Source of the DNA: Macrostomum lignano
Taxonomy: Eukaryota
NCBI GenBank assembly: GCA_002269645.1
Contig: NIVC01000212.1
Coordinates: forward strand, 62,001-126,000
Direction: 5' to 3'
Length of the DNA: 64,000 bases
Within the stretch, counting starts at the first letter, position 1. Each line of letters opens with the position of its first letter. The translations under genes and the position numbers were made by a program. The notes beneath the pieces were generated by a model that had not been told where the DNA came from, ran no database searches, and saw nothing but the letters and a program-made list of their open reading frames with translations. Below are positions 1 through 34,771 of the stretch, piece after piece.

Positions 1-230
1 GTCATTGCCTCTCTCACGAATTTCAGCTTACTCAGCCATCGAATCCACTTTCGTCAGCTCAGCTCTATGATGAACCTTTCTATATTTCTCGTCAATTAGT
101 GGTTTAAATCTTCTTCTACAGTTCGTATTAACCTTCATCTCGGTGAAACGCAGTCAGTCTCGTCGAGCTCAGGCGAACAAAATCAACCACAGGCTCCTAC
201 AAAGGTAGAAAATAAAATTAACTGACAATC

Positions 231-3200
231 AAACAGACACAGAAATCTGTTCCAGTTGTGTCTGTAGGTTATGTGGACCACCTCAGATCCAGAGCCTCAA
301 ACAGACAGAGAAATCTGTTCGAGTTGTGTCTGTAGGTGAGGTGAACCACCTTCTGAGAGCCTAAGCCTCAAACAGACTGAGAGAGCTGCTTCAGTTGTGT
401 CTATAGGTTATGTGGACCACCTAAGAGCCAGAGCCTCAAACAGACAGAGAAATCTGTTCGAGTTGTGTCTGTAGGTTAGGTGGACCACCTAAGAGCCAGA
501 GCCTCAAACAGACAGAGAAATCTGTTCGAGTTGTGTCTGTAGGTTAGGTGGACCACCTAAGAGCCAGAGCCTCAAACAGACAGAGAAATCTGTTCGAGTT
601 GTGTCTGTAGGTTAGGTGGACCAGCTACTGAGAGCCAAAGCCTCAAACAGACTGAGAGAGCTGCTTCAGTTGTGTCTGTAGGTTATGTGGACCACCTAAG
701 AGCCAGAGACTCAAACAGACAGAGAAATCTGTTCGAGTTGTGTCTGTAGGTTAGGTGGACCACCTAAGAGCCAGAGCCTCAAACAGACAGAGAAATCTGT
801 TCGAGTTGTGTCTGTAGGTTAGGTGGACCAGCTACTCCACAGCACTTCTAGGCGATAATCTGAGCCAGGAGTCTCGAGAGACTTTCGTTACACATCCAGA
901 TGTTCTGCCTTGATGCTGGACTAGCTCACTTTCTAGGAATCTGTTCTGATTGCATTCTAACAAACTGAAGCATTTTCTGCACTAAACTTTCTCGGCGGCT
1001 CTGAGAGCCAGAGCCTCAAACAGACAGAGAAATCTGTTCGAGTTGTGTCTGTAGGTTAGGTGGACCAGCTATTCTACAGCACTTCTAGGCGATAATCTGA
1101 GCCAGGAATCTCCGAGAGCCTCTCGTTACACATCCAGATGTTCTGCCTTGATGCTGGACTAGCTCACTTTCTAGGAATCTGTTCTGATTGCATTCTAACA
1201 AACTGAAGCATTTTCTGCACTAAACTTTCTCGGCGGCTCTAAGAGCCAGAGCCTAAACAGACAGAGAAATCTGTTCGAGTTGTGTCTGTAGGTTAGGTGG
1301 ACCACCTTCTGAGAGCCAAAGCCTCAAACAGACTGAGAGAGCTGCTTCAGTTGTGTCTGTAGGTTATGAGGACCACCTAAGAGCCAGAGCCTCAAACAGA
1401 CAGAGAAATCTGTTCGAGTTGTGTCTGTAGGTTAGGTGGACCAGCTACTCCAAAGCACTTCTAGGCGATAATCTGAGCCAGGAATCTCCGAGAGCCTCTC
1501 GTTACACATCCAGATGTTCTGCCTTGATGCTGGACTAGCTCACTTTCTAGGAATCTGTTCTGATTGCATTCTAACAAACTGAAGCATTCTCGGCACTAAA
1601 CTTTCTCGGCGGCTCTAAGAGCCAGAGCCTCAAACAGACAGAGAAATCTGTTCGAGTTGTGTCTGTAGGTTAGGTGGACCAGCTATTCTACAGCACTTCT
1701 AGGCGATAATCTGAGCCAGGAATCTCCGAGAGCCTCTCGTTACACATCCAGATGTTCTGCCTTGATGCTGGACTAGCTCACTTTCTAGGAATCTGTTCTG
1801 ATTGCATTCTAACAAACTGAAGCATTCTCGGCACTAAACTTTCTCGGCGGCTCTGAGAGCCAGAGCCTCAAACAGACAGAAATCTGTTCGAGTTGTGTCT
1901 GTAGGTTAGGTGGACCAGCTATTCTACAGCACTTCTAGGCGATAATCTGAGCCAGGAATCTCCGAGAGCCTCTCGTTACACATCCAGATGTTCTGCCTTG
2001 ATGCTGGACTAGCTCACTTTCTAGGAATCTGTTCTGATTGCATTCTAACAAACTGAAGCATTCTCGGCACTAAACTTTCTCGGCGGCTCTGAGAGCCAGA
2101 GCCTCAAACAGACAGAGAAATCTGTTCGAGTTGTGTCTGTAGGTTAGGTGGACAGCTATTCTACAGCACTTCTAGGCGATAATCTGAGCCAGGAATCTCC
2201 GAGAGCCTCTCGTTACACATCCAGATGTTCTGCCTTGATGCTGGACTAGCTCACTTTCTAGGAATCTGTTCTGATTGCATTCTTACAAACTGAAGCATTC
2301 TCGGCACTAAACTTTCTCGGCGGCTCTAAGAGCCAGAGCCTCAAACAGACAGAGAAATCTGTTCGAGTTGTGTCTGTAGGTTAGGTGGACCAGCTATTCT
2401 ACAGCACTTCTAGGCGATAATCTGAGCCAGGAATCTCCGAGAGCCTCTCGTTACACATCCAGATGTTCTGCCTTGATGCTGGACTAGCTCACTTTCTAGG
2501 AATCTGTTCTGATTGCATTCTAACAAACTGAAGCATTTTCTGCACTAAACTTTCTCGGCGGCTCTGAGAGCCAGAGCCTTAAACAGACAGAGAAATCTGT
2601 TCGAGTTGTGTCTGTAGGTTAGGTGGACCAGCTACTGAGAGCCAAAGCCTCAAACAGACTGAGAGAGCTGCTTCAGTTGTGTCTGTAGGTTATGTGGACC
2701 ACCTAAGAGCCAGAGCCCTAAACAGACAGAGAAATCTGTTCGAGTTGTGTCTGTAGGTTAGGTGGACCAGCTACTCCACAGCACTTCTAGGCGATAATCC
2801 AAGCCAGGAGTCTCCGAGAGACTTTCGTTACACATCCAGATGTTCTGCCTTGATGCTGGACTAGCTCACTTTCTAGGAATCTGTTCTGATTGCATTCTAA
2901 CAAACTGAAGCATTTTCTGCACTAAACTTTCTCGGCGGCTCTGAGAGCCAGAGCCTCAAACAGACAGAGAAATCTGTTCGAGTTGTGTCTGTAGGTTAGG
3001 TGGACCAGCTATTCTACAGCACTTCTAGGCGATAATCTGAGCCAGGAATCTCCGAGAGACTTTCGTTACACATCCAGATGTTCTGCCTTGATGCTGGACT
3101 AGCTCACTTTCTAGGAATCTGTTCTGATTGCATTCTAACAAACTGAAGCATTTTCTGCACTAAACTTTCTCGGCGGCTCTGAGATCCAGAGCCTCAAACA

Positions 3201-6200
3201 GACAGAAATCTGTTCGAGTTGTGTCTGTAGGTTAGGTGGACCAGATACTCCACAGCACTTCTAGGCGATAATCTGAGCCAGGAGTCTCCGAGAGACTTTC
3301 GTTACACATCCAGATGTTCTGCCTTGATGCTGGACTAGCTCACTTTCTAGGAATCTGTTCTGATTGCATTCTAACAAACTGAAGCATTTTCTGCACTAAA
3401 CTTTCTCGGCGGCTCTAAGAGCCAGAGCCTAAACAGACAGAGAAATCTGTTCGAGTTGTGTCTGTAGGTTAGGTGGACCACCTTCTGAGAGCCAAAGCCT
3501 CAAACAGACTGAGAGAGCTGCTTCAGTTGTGTCTGTAGGTTATGAGGACCACCTAAGAGCCAGAGCCTCAAACAGACAGAGAAATCTGTTCGAGTTGTGT
3601 CTGTAGGTTAGGTGGACCAGCTACTCCAAAGCACTTCTAGGCGATAATCTGAGCCAGGAATCTCCGAGAGCCTCTCGTTACACATCCAGATGTTCTGCCT
3701 TGATGCTGGACTAGCTCACTTTCTAGGAATCTGTTCTGATTGCATTCTAACAAACTGAAGCATTCTCGGCACTAAACTTTCTCGGCGGCTCTGAGAGCCA
3801 GAGCCTCAAACAGACAGAGAAATCTGTTCGAGTTGTGTCTGTAGGTTAGGTGGACCAGCTATTCTACAGCACTTCTAGGCGATAATCTGAGCCAGGAATC
3901 TCCGAGAGCCTCTCGTTACACATCCAGATGTTCTGCCTTGATGCTGGACTAGCTCACTTTCTAGGAATCTGTTCTGATTGCATTCTAACAAACTGAAGCA
4001 TTTTCTGCACTAAACTTTCTCGGCGGCTCTGAGAGCCAGAGCCTTAAACAGACAGAGAAATCTGTTCGAGTTGTGTCTGTAGGTTAGGTGGACCAGCTAC
4101 TGAGAGCCAAAGCCTCAAACAGACTGAGAGAGCTGCTTCAGTTGTGTCTGTAGGTTATGTGGACCACCTAAGAGCCAGAGCCCTAAACAGACAGAGAAAT
4201 CTGTTCGAGTTGTGTCTGTAGGTTAGGTGGACCAGCTACTCCACAGCACTTCTAGGCGATAATCCAAGCCAGGAGTCTCCGAGAGACTTTCGTTACACAT
4301 CCAGATGTTCTGCCTTGATGCTGGACTAGCTCACTTTCTAGGAATCTGTTCTGATTGCATTCTAACAAACTGAAGCATTTTCTGCACTAAACTTTCTCGG
4401 CGGCTCTGAGAGCCAGAGCCTCAAACAGACAGAGAAATCTGTTCGAGTTGTGTCTGTAGGTTAGGTGGACCAGCTATTCTACAGCACTTCTAGGCGATAA
4501 TCTGAGCCAGGAATCTCCGAGAGCCTCTCGTTACACATCCAGATGTTCTGCCTTGATGCTGGACTAGCTCACTTTCTAGGAATCTGTTCTGATTGCATTC
4601 TAACAAACTGAAGCATTCTCGGCACTAAACTTTCTCGGCGGCTCTGAGAGCCAGAGCCTCAAACAGACAGAAATCTGTTCGAGTTGTGTCTGTAGGTTAG
4701 GTGGACCAGCTATTCTACAGCACTTCTAGGCGATAATCTGAGCCAGGAATCTCCGAGAGCCTCTCGTTACACATCCAGATGTTCTGCCTTGATGCTGGAC
4801 TAGCTCACTTTCTAGGAATCTGTTCTGATTGCATTCTAACAAACTGAAGCATTCTCGGCACTAAACTTTCTCGGCGGCTCTGAGAGCCAGAGCCTCAAAC
4901 AGACAGAGAAATCTGTTCGAGTTGTGTCTGTAGGTTAGGTGGACCAGCTATTCTACAGCACTTCTAGGCGATAATCTGAGCCAGGAATCTCCGAGAGCCT
5001 CTCGTTACACATCCAGATGTTCTGCCTTGATGCTGGACTAGCTCACTTTCTAGGAATCTGTTCTGATTGCATTCTTACAAACTGAAGCATTCTCGGCACT
5101 AAACTTTCTCGGCGGCTCTAAGAGCCAGAGCCTCAAACAGACAGAGAAATCTGTTCGAGTTGTGTCTGTAGGTTAGGTGGACCAGCTATTCTACAGCACT
5201 TCTAGGCGATAATCTGAGCCAGGAATCTCCGAGAGCCTCTCGTTACACATCCAGATGTTCTGCCTTGATGCTGGACTAGCTCACTTTCTAGGAATCTGTT
5301 CTGATTGCATTCTAACAAACTGAAGCATTTTCTGCACTAAACTTTCTCGGCGGCTCTGAGAGCCAGAGCCTTAAACAGACAGAGAAATCTGTTCGAGTTG
5401 TGTCTGTAGGTTAGGTGGACCAGCTACTGAGAGCCAAAGCCTCAAACAGACTGAGAGAGCTGCTTCAGTTGTGTCTGTAGGTTATGTGGACCACCTAAGA
5501 GCCAGAGCCTAAACAGACAGAGAAATCTGTTCGAGTTGTGTCTGTAGGTTAGGTGGACCAGCTACTCCACAGCACTTCTAGGCGATAATCCAAGCCAGGA
5601 GTCTCCGAGAGACTTTCGTTACACATCCAGATGTTCTGCCTTGATGCTGGACTAGCTCACTTTCTAGGAATCTGTTCTGATTGCATTCTAACAAACTGAA
5701 GCATTTTCTGCACTAAACTTTCTCGGCGGCTCTGAGAGCCAGAGCCTCAAACAGACAGAGAAATCTGTTCGAGTTGTGTCTGTAGGTTAGGTGGACCAGC
5801 TATTCTACAGCACTTCTAGGCGATAATCTGAGCCAGGAATCTCCGAGAGACTTTCGTTACACATCCAGATGTTCTGCCTTGATGCTGGACTAGCTCACTT
5901 TCTAGGAATCTGTTCTGATTGCATTCTAACAAACTGAAGCATTTTCTGCACTAAACTTTCTCGGCGGCTCTGAGATCCAGAGCCTCAAACAGACAGAAAT
6001 CTGTTCGAGTTGTGTCTGTAGGTTAGGTGGACCAGATACTCCACAGCACTTCTAGGCGATAATCTGAGCCAGGAGTCTCCGAGAGACTTTCGTTACACAT
6101 CCAGATGTTCTGCCTTGATGCTGGACTAGCTCACTTTCTAGGAATCTGTTCTGATTGCATTCTAACAAACTGAAGCATTTTCTGCACTAAACTTTCTCGG

Positions 6201-9200
6201 CGGCTCTAAGAGCCAGAGCCTAAACAGACAGAGAAATCTGTTCGAGTTGTGTCTGTAGGTTAGGTGGACCACCTTCTGAGAGCCAAAGCCTCAAACAGAC
6301 TGAGAGAGCTGCTTCAGTTGTGTCTGTAGGTTATGAGGACCACCTAAGAGCCAGAGCCTCAAACAGACAGAGAAATCTGTTCGAGTTGTGTCTGTAGGTT
6401 AGGTGGACCAGCTACTCCAAAGCACTTCTAGGCGATAATCTGAGCCAGGAATCTCCGAGAGCCTCTCGTTACACATCCAGATGTTCTGCCTTGATGCTGG
6501 ACTAGCTCACTTTCTAGGAATCTGTTCTGATTGCATTCTAACAAACTGAAGCATTCTCGGCACTAAACTTTCTCGGCGGCTCTGAGAGCCAGAGCCTCAA
6601 ACAGACAGAGAAATCTGTTCGAGTTGTGTCTGTAGGTTAGGTGGACCAGCTATTCTACAGCACTTCTAGGCGATAATCTGAGCCAGGAATCTCCGAGAGC
6701 CTCTCGTTACACATCCAGATGTTCTGCCTTGATGCTGGACTAGCTCACTTTCTAGGAATCTGTTCTGATTGCATTCTAACAAACTGAAGCATTCTCGGCA
6801 CTAAACTTTCTCGGCGGCTCTGAGAGCCAGAGCCTCAAACAGACAGAGAAATCTGTTCGAGTTGTGTCTGTAGGTTAGGTGGACCAGCTATTCTACAGCA
6901 CTTCTAGGCGATAATCTGAGCCAGGAATCTCCGAGAGCCTCTCGTTACACATCCAGATGTTCTGCCTTGATGCTGGACTAGCTCACTTTCTAGGAATCTG
7001 TTCTGATTGCATTCTACAAACTGAAGCATTCTCGGCACTAAACTTTCTCGGCGGCTCTAAGAGCCAGAGCCTCAAACAGACAGAGAAATCTGTTCGAGTT
7101 GTGTCTGTAGGTTAGGTGGACCAGCTATTCTACAGCACTTCTAGGCGATAATCTGAGCCAGGAATCTCCGAGAGCCTCTCGTTACACATCCAGATGTTCT
7201 GCCTTGATGCTGGACTAGCTCACTTTCTAGGAATCTGTTCTGATTGCATTCTAACAAACTGAAGCATTTTCTGCACTAAACTTTCTCGGCGGCTCTGAGA
7301 GCCAGAGCCTTAAACAGACAGAGAAATCTGTTCGAGTTGTGTCTGTAGGTTAGGTGGACCAGCTACTGAGAGCCAAAGCCTCAAACAGACTGAGAGAGCT
7401 GCTTCAGTTGTGTCTGTAGGTTATGTGGACCACCTAAGAGCCAGAGCCCTAAACAGACAGAGAAATCTGTTCGAGTTGTGTCTGTAGGTTAGGTGGACCA
7501 GCTACTCCACAGCACTTCTAGGCGATAATCCAAGCCAGGAGTCTCCGAGAGACTTTCGTTACACATCCAGATGTTCTGCCTTGATGCTGGACTAGCTCAC
7601 TTTCTAGGAATCTGTTCTGATTGCATTCTAACAAACTGAAGCATTTTCTGCACTAAACTTTCTCGGCGGCTCTGAGAGCCAGAGCCTCAAACAGACAGAG
7701 AAATCTGTTCGAGTTGTGTCTGTAGGTTAGGTGGACCAGCTATTCTACAGCACTTCTAGGCGATAATCTGAGCCAGGAATCTCCGAGAGACTTTCGTTAC
7801 ACATCCAGATGTTCTGCCTTGATGCTGGACTAGCTCACTTTCTAGGAATCTGTTCTGATTGCATTCTAACAAACTGAAGCATTTTCTGCACTAAACTTTC
7901 TCGGCGGCTCTGAGATCCAGAGCCTCAAACAGACAGAAATCTGTTCGAGTTGTGTCTGTAGGTTAGGTGGACCAGATACTCCACAGCACTTCTAGGCGAT
8001 AATCTGAGCCAGGAGTCTCCGAGAGACTTTCGTTACACATCCAGATGTTCTGCCTTGATGCTGGACTAGCTCACTTTCTAGGAATCTGTTCTGATTGCAT
8101 TCTAACAAACTGAAGCATTTTCTGCACTAAACTTTCTCGGCGGCTCTAAGAGCCAGAGCCTAAACAGACAGAGAAATCTGTTCGAGTTGTGTCTGTAGGT
8201 TAGGTGGACCACCTTCTGAGAGCCAAAGCCTCAAACAGACTGAGAGAGCTGCTTCAGTTGTGTCTGTAGGTTATGAGGACCACCTAAGAGCCAGAGCCTC
8301 AAACAGACAGAGAAATCTGTTCGAGTTGTGTCTGTAGGTTAGGTGGACCAGCTACTCCAAAGCACTTCTAGGCGATAATCTGAGCCAGGAATCTCCGAGA
8401 GCCTCTCGTTACACATCCAGATGTTCTGCCTTGATGCTGGACTAGCTCACTTTCTAGGAATCTGTTCTGATTGCATTCTAACAAACTGAAGCATTCTCGG
8501 CACTAAACTTTCTCGGCGCTCTGAGAGCCAGAGCCTCAAACAGACAGAGAAATCTGTTCGAGTTGTGTCTGTAGGTTAGGTGGACCAGCTATTCTACAGC
8601 ACTTCTAGGCGATAATCTGAGCCAGGAATCTCCGAGAGCCTCTCGTTACACATCCAGATGTTCTGCCTTGATGCTGGACTAGCTCACTTTCTAGGAATCT
8701 GTTCTGATTGCATTCTAACAAACTGAAGCATTCTCGGCACTAAACTTTCTCGGCGGCTCTGAGAGCCAGAGCCTCAAACAGACAGAGAAATCTGTTCGAG
8801 TTGTGTCTGTAGGTTAGGTGGACCAGCTATTCTACAGCACTTCTAGGCGATAATCTGAGCCAGGAATCTCCGAGAGCCTCTCGTTACACATCCAGATGTT
8901 CTGCCTTGATGCTGGACTAGCTCACTTTCTAGGAATCTGTTCTGATTGCATTCTTACAAACTGAAGCATTCTCGGCACTAAACTTTCTCGGCGGCTCTAA
9001 GAGCCAGAGCCTCAAACAGACAGAGAAATCTGTTCGAGTTGTGTCTGTAGGTTAGGTGGACCAGCTATTCTACAGCACTTCTAGGCGATAATCTGAGCCA
9101 GGAATCTCCGAGAGCCTCTCGTTACACATCCAGATGTTCTGCCTTGATGCTGGACTAGCTCACTTTCTAGGAATCTGTTCTGATTGCATTCTAACAAACT

Positions 9201-11085
9201 GAAGCATTTTCTGCACTAAACTTTCTCGGCGGCTCTGAGAGCCAGAGCCTTAAACAGACAGAGAAATCTGTTCGAGTTGTGTCTGTAGGTTAGGTGGACC
9301 AGCTACTGAGAGCCAAAGCCTCAAACAGACTGAGAGAGCTGCTTCAGTTGTGTCTGTAGGTTATGTGGACCACCTAAGAGCCAGAGCCCTAAACAGACAG
9401 AGAAATCTGTTCGAGTTGTGTCTGTAGGTTAGGTGGACCAGCTACTCCACAGCACTTCTAGGCGATAATCCAAGCCAGGAGTCTCCGAGAGACTTTCGTT
9501 ACACATCCAGATGTTCTGCCTTGATGCTGGACTAGCTCACTTTCTAGGAATCTGTTCTGATTGCATTCTAACAAACTGAAGCATTTTCTGCACTAAACTT
9601 TCTCGGCGGCTCTGAGAGCCAGAGCCTCAAACAGACAGAGAAATCTGTTCGAGTTGTGTCTGTAGGTTAGGTGGACCAGCTATTCTACAGCACTTCTAGG
9701 CGATAATCTGAGCCAGGAATCTCCGAGAGACTTTCGTTACACATCCAGATGTTCTGCCTTGATGCTGGACTAGCTCACTTTCTAGGAATCTGTTCTGATT
9801 GCATTCTAACAAACTGAAGCATTTTCTGCACTAAACTTTCTCGGCGGCTCTGAGATCCAGAGCCTCAAACAGACAGAAATCTGTTCGAGTTGTGTCTGTA
9901 GGTTAGGTGGACCAGATACTCCACAGCACTTCTAGGCGATAATCTGAGCCAGGAGTCTCCGAGAGACTTTCGTTACACATCCAGATGTTCTGCCTTGATG
10001 CTGGACTAGCTCACTTTCTAGGAATCTGTTCTGATTGCATTCTAACAAACTGAAGCATTTTCTGCACTAAACTTTCTCGGCGGCTCTAAGAGCCAGAGCC
10101 TAAACAGACAGAGAAATCTGTTCGAGTTGTGTCTGTAGGTTAGGTGGACCACCTTCTGAGAGCCAAAGCCTCAAACAGACTGAGAGAGCTGCTTCAGTTG
10201 TGTCTGTAGGTTATGAGGACCACCTAAGAGCCAGAGCCTCAAACAGACAGAGAAATCTGTTCGAGTTGTGTCTGTAGGTTAGGTGGACCAGCTACTCCAA
10301 AGCACTTCTAGGCGATAATCTGAGCCAGGAATCTCCGAGAGCCTCTCGTTACACATCCAGATGTTCTGCCTTGATGCTGGACTAGCTCACTTTCTAGGAA
10401 TCTGTTCTGATTGCATTCTAACAAACTGAAGCATTCTCGGCACTAAACTTTCTCGGCGGCTCTGAGAGCCAGAGCCTCAAACAGACAGAGAAATCTGTTC
10501 GAGTTGTGTCTGTAGGTTAGGTGGACCAGCTATTCTACAGCACTTCTAGGCGATAATCTGAGCCAGGAATCTCCGAGAGCCTCTCGTTACACATCCAGAT
10601 GTTCTGCCTTGATGCTGGACTAGCTCACTTTCTAGGAATCTGTTCTGATTGCATTCTAACAAACTGAAGCATTCTCGGCACTAAACTTTCTCGGCGGCTC
10701 TGAGAGCCAGAGCCTTAAACAGACAGAAATCTGTTCGAGTTGTGTCTGTAGGTTAGGTGGACCAGATACTCCACAGCACTTCTAGGCGATAATCTGAGCC
10801 AGGAATCTCCGAGAGCCTCTCGTTACACATCCAGATGTTCTGCCTTGATGCTGGACTAGCTCACTTTCTAGGAATCTGTTCTGATTGCATTCTAACAAAC
10901 TGAAGCATTCTCGGCACTAAACTTTCTCGGCGGCTCTGAGAGCCAGAGCCTCAAACAGACAGAGAAATCTGTTCGAGTTGTGTCTGTAGGTTAGGTGGAC
11001 CACCTTCTGAGAGCCAAAGCCTCAAACAGACTGAGAGAGCTGATTCAGTTGTGTCTGTAGGTTAGGTGGACCAGCTTCTCTACAG
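231..11085. repeat. Satellite array: ~238-bp long monomers plus 60-70-bp short monomers, ~1940-bp higher-order repeat
   Basis: Monomer starts CT(G/A)AGAGCCAGAGCCTCAAACAGACAGAGAAATCTGTTCGAGTTGTGTCTGTAGGTTAGGTGGACCA. The diagnostic variant TATGAGGACC recurs at 1365, 3541, 6332, 8272 and 10212; GAGATCC recurs at ~3181, 5972, 7912 and 9852. Edge copies are more diverged. Confidence 0.97.
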
Positions 11086-12539
11086 CAATTGAGTTGCAGG
11101 CCCTGCAGCTAGCTACTTTGAGATCATCAAACGAAACTCACTTTTCTGGACTTGGTGTCGACGGATTTGCGAGCAGACTGATGATTTTCACCAGGCGATG
11201 CGGCTTCTTCGATTTCGCAGTGGCTTTTTGCGACGGTGTTTTTTTAGTTTTTATTTTAGGCTTGGCGTCCTTTTTTGCGGGTCATCATATCTTGGTTGTA
11301 GATTACAGTTTTTGGCACAATAAATTTATATATGGATGAAACTTGGAGTAAGGATTAACATTAGACCTATTAAGTATAAAAAACCGTTCTAATCTATACA
11401 ATTGCAATCCTTTAGAGTTGTATAGTATGGATTATAAGTACTTTCTTTTAAACTGTCTGTGTCTGGTCTCACTACGCCATGGTTTACGTGGACCACCCGC
11501 TTAGACATTATATATCCCTCTCTCCACTGTCTTACCTTCAGAACGCTTGCGGGTTTCCTATTGGCTGCGGTCGGTCTCATTGTTGGGGTGGATCTATCCT
11601 CCTAAGTGTTAACCAGCCAATTATAGAAAGGGAGGTCTGTCTGTCTGTCTGTTCCAACCCTATACTCCTGCACATGTGTTTACGTGGACCAAACAGACAG
11701 TGAGTGTTAGGCTGACTGTTAATGCGTTCTTAGTTTTACTGGGACCGCAATCAAGTCGACCTTTTGCTAGAGAGTCAGAGACCCGATCGCTAGCTAAAAG
11801 GCCCTTCTTAATTGCGTCCTCTTGATCAAATCTTTTGCATGTACATGTATGAATTGTCCTTTTCAATTAGGTAAATTGCATCTTCAACTTTGCACTTGAA
11901 AGGCTGCAGCTTAGGATCTTCTTCTTCCAACATTGGAGGAGGATAGAACAGGATATCCCATAGTGTTTAGGATAGAATTGGCAAGCACTTAATTCATGAA
12001 GTTGCTATTTTCTTCTTGTGTAATGGTAGAGCCTTAGAAATTCGCATTTACACAGTGTGGCTATCAAGGACCACTGGGAGTTCTTGAGAAGTCATTGAAG
12101 AATACTATTTAAGCTTCACTTAAATATCTTTCTTGTCTCGGAGTCTTTATCGTTTGATATGGTTAGCGAATTGGATTTCTTTACGTTGGTGTCTTACTCT
12201 GTGAGTCTGTGCTCAGAGTACGATACCGGAATTGCTGGAACTGAGCTAATTAAATGGAGTTTAAAGTTTACTGTATCAAATTCATTTCGCATACGAGGTT
12301 TCAGAATTTTTAATTAACCTGCGCACCTACTTGAATGTCAAAGAACTGAACGCATATTGTTTTAAAGCCAGTAGCGGTCATAATATGATGCCAACATAGC
12401 CCTTTGTTCGTAAGGTAATGATCTGTAAAAAATTCAGTTTTGCATTGAATCTATGCTTAATAACTGCTATACACAAACAGACACAAACAGACACAAACAG
12501 ACACAAACAGACGATTTTCGAAAAATTTTCTAAAATTTT

Positions 12540-12822
12540 TCGGTTTACGTGGACCAGACTCGCTCGGTTTAGGTAGACCAGGCTGGAGGTCCAGCTAAAC
12601 TGAAATGCAAATAACTTTGGAAAAATCCATGCTAGACATCCCAAAATTGCTTAAGCCTTTCTTGACCCGCCTGACATTAATGTGAGATCCTCATCAACGT
12701 CTTAACCCCACCAGAGACAAAATTATTTGGTGGTCCACCTAAGTGGTCTACCTACACCGGTTGGTCCAGCTAACGAGGCTACTGAACTTCCAAAAAGTCC
12801 ACGTAAACACACAGACAGTAGA

Positions 12823-12875
<53 letters not shown>

Positions 12876-12925
12876 AAGTACGGATTTTAATACTCTTGTA
12901 ACTTTCGCGAAAGTAATCAAGGTAA
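12540..12925 (-). mobile_element. Helentron-associated (HINE/DINE-1-like) non-autonomous element fragment
   Basis: On the minus strand: perfect palindrome ACTTTCGCGAAAGT (~12900-12913), then (GTCT)n, then a 12-bp inverted pair GTTTACGTGGAC (~12543) / GTCCACGTAAAC (~12797). Hairpin followed by a GTCY microsatellite is the known HINE layout; the family call is inference. Confidence 0.45.
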
Positions 12926-13330
12926 TCAAAAGCGGCAAATGCTACTTTTAAATAAGTAGAAATCTTGCTGCGGCAGTATTCCGCAATTTCTATTAAAATT
13001 TATTAGTAATTTAATATTATTACTTAGTAATACACAGATTTAAAAAGCATATTTGTTTATATTGAATGCTTCAAAAAGACAGTATAAAATTTTAGCGAAT
13101 TTGGCTGGAGTCAGAGAGAAAGAAATTTGAGTAAATGTTGAGTAAATAGAGCATGTATATACTCACCTTAAGAAGGCTTGTCAGGCATCAAATTTATTCC
13201 ACTAAAAACTGATTTCTTAAAATTCTCAGAACAGCTATTGGGTGTAGCGAACAGTTAATGGCTTGGGAGACCAGTCAATGTTTGTCGGGTGCTCAGACCC
13301 ATCGTCTTCGATAGAAGGCGGACACCTAGC

Positions 13331-33850
<20,520 letters not shown>

Positions 33851-34524
33851 CTTGAAGTTAGCAGTAGGTTGCGTTACGTTAGCAAAGAGATACAGTCTCA
33901 GAAAGTTAAATGTTACTTTTAGCAAATGATGATGTTTCTTAAGAAGCATTATCTAAGATGCGCCGAGTAAATAATATTTAGGGTGGGCTGTGAGTCTTTA
34001 TCGCTGAGCTGCCCTGCCCCTAATTATCAACATACCAAAAATCATAAATTTTCTGCTTTTTCATCCTCTTGATAAGAAGTTAAAAGCCAGGTAAAAGTAT
34101 AAGCACAGCGGTCCATTAGCAGATCAGCTTAATCCTATCGTCTAGGCTTCTTAATGAAGTGGCGTTAATCCGCTAGATTTAGGATTTACGTTATTTCACA
34201 TTTTATCCATCTAAAAAGCTTCAGAGCAGTCAGTCAGCTGCCTTCCTTTATACGGACGATAATCTGTAGCGAGTTGGGCTTTCTGTTTAGTCCAGGGTGG
34301 GCAAATTTTTTTACCTCAAAGGCCAGATCAACTATCTAGCTCATGGCTGCGGGCCAGATAAGAGAGGTAAGGAGAGGGAATAAAGAAGAGAGAGAAAATA
34401 TTAGAGATGGGAGAAGAGAGGAGAGGGGAGAGAAGAGAGAGGATGGTTGAATATATGAGATAGGATGAAAAGAGAGGAGAGATGACAGAGTAGAGAGAAC
34501 AGAAGAGAGAGAGAGAGGGAGAGG

Positions 34525-34555
<31 letters not shown>

Positions 34556-34771
34556 GAGAGAGGGAGAGAGAGAGAGGGGGAGAGAGAGAGGGGGGAGAGG
34601 GAGAGAGAGAGAGGGAAAGAGAGAGGGGGGGAGAGAGGGAGAGAGAAGAGAGAGAGGGAGAGGAGAGAGGAAGAGAGAGAGGGAGAGGAGAGAGGGAGAG
34701 AGGGGGGAGGGCACCTCCAATCTCAGGCGCTAACACGGTGAAAGGACTGATAAAAGTCAAATTAGTTACGT

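Noticed and set aside
231-11085. Hammerhead ribozyme in the satellite monomer
   Set aside because: Hairpins exist (AACAGA..TCTGTT) but I found no CTGANGA core on either strand.
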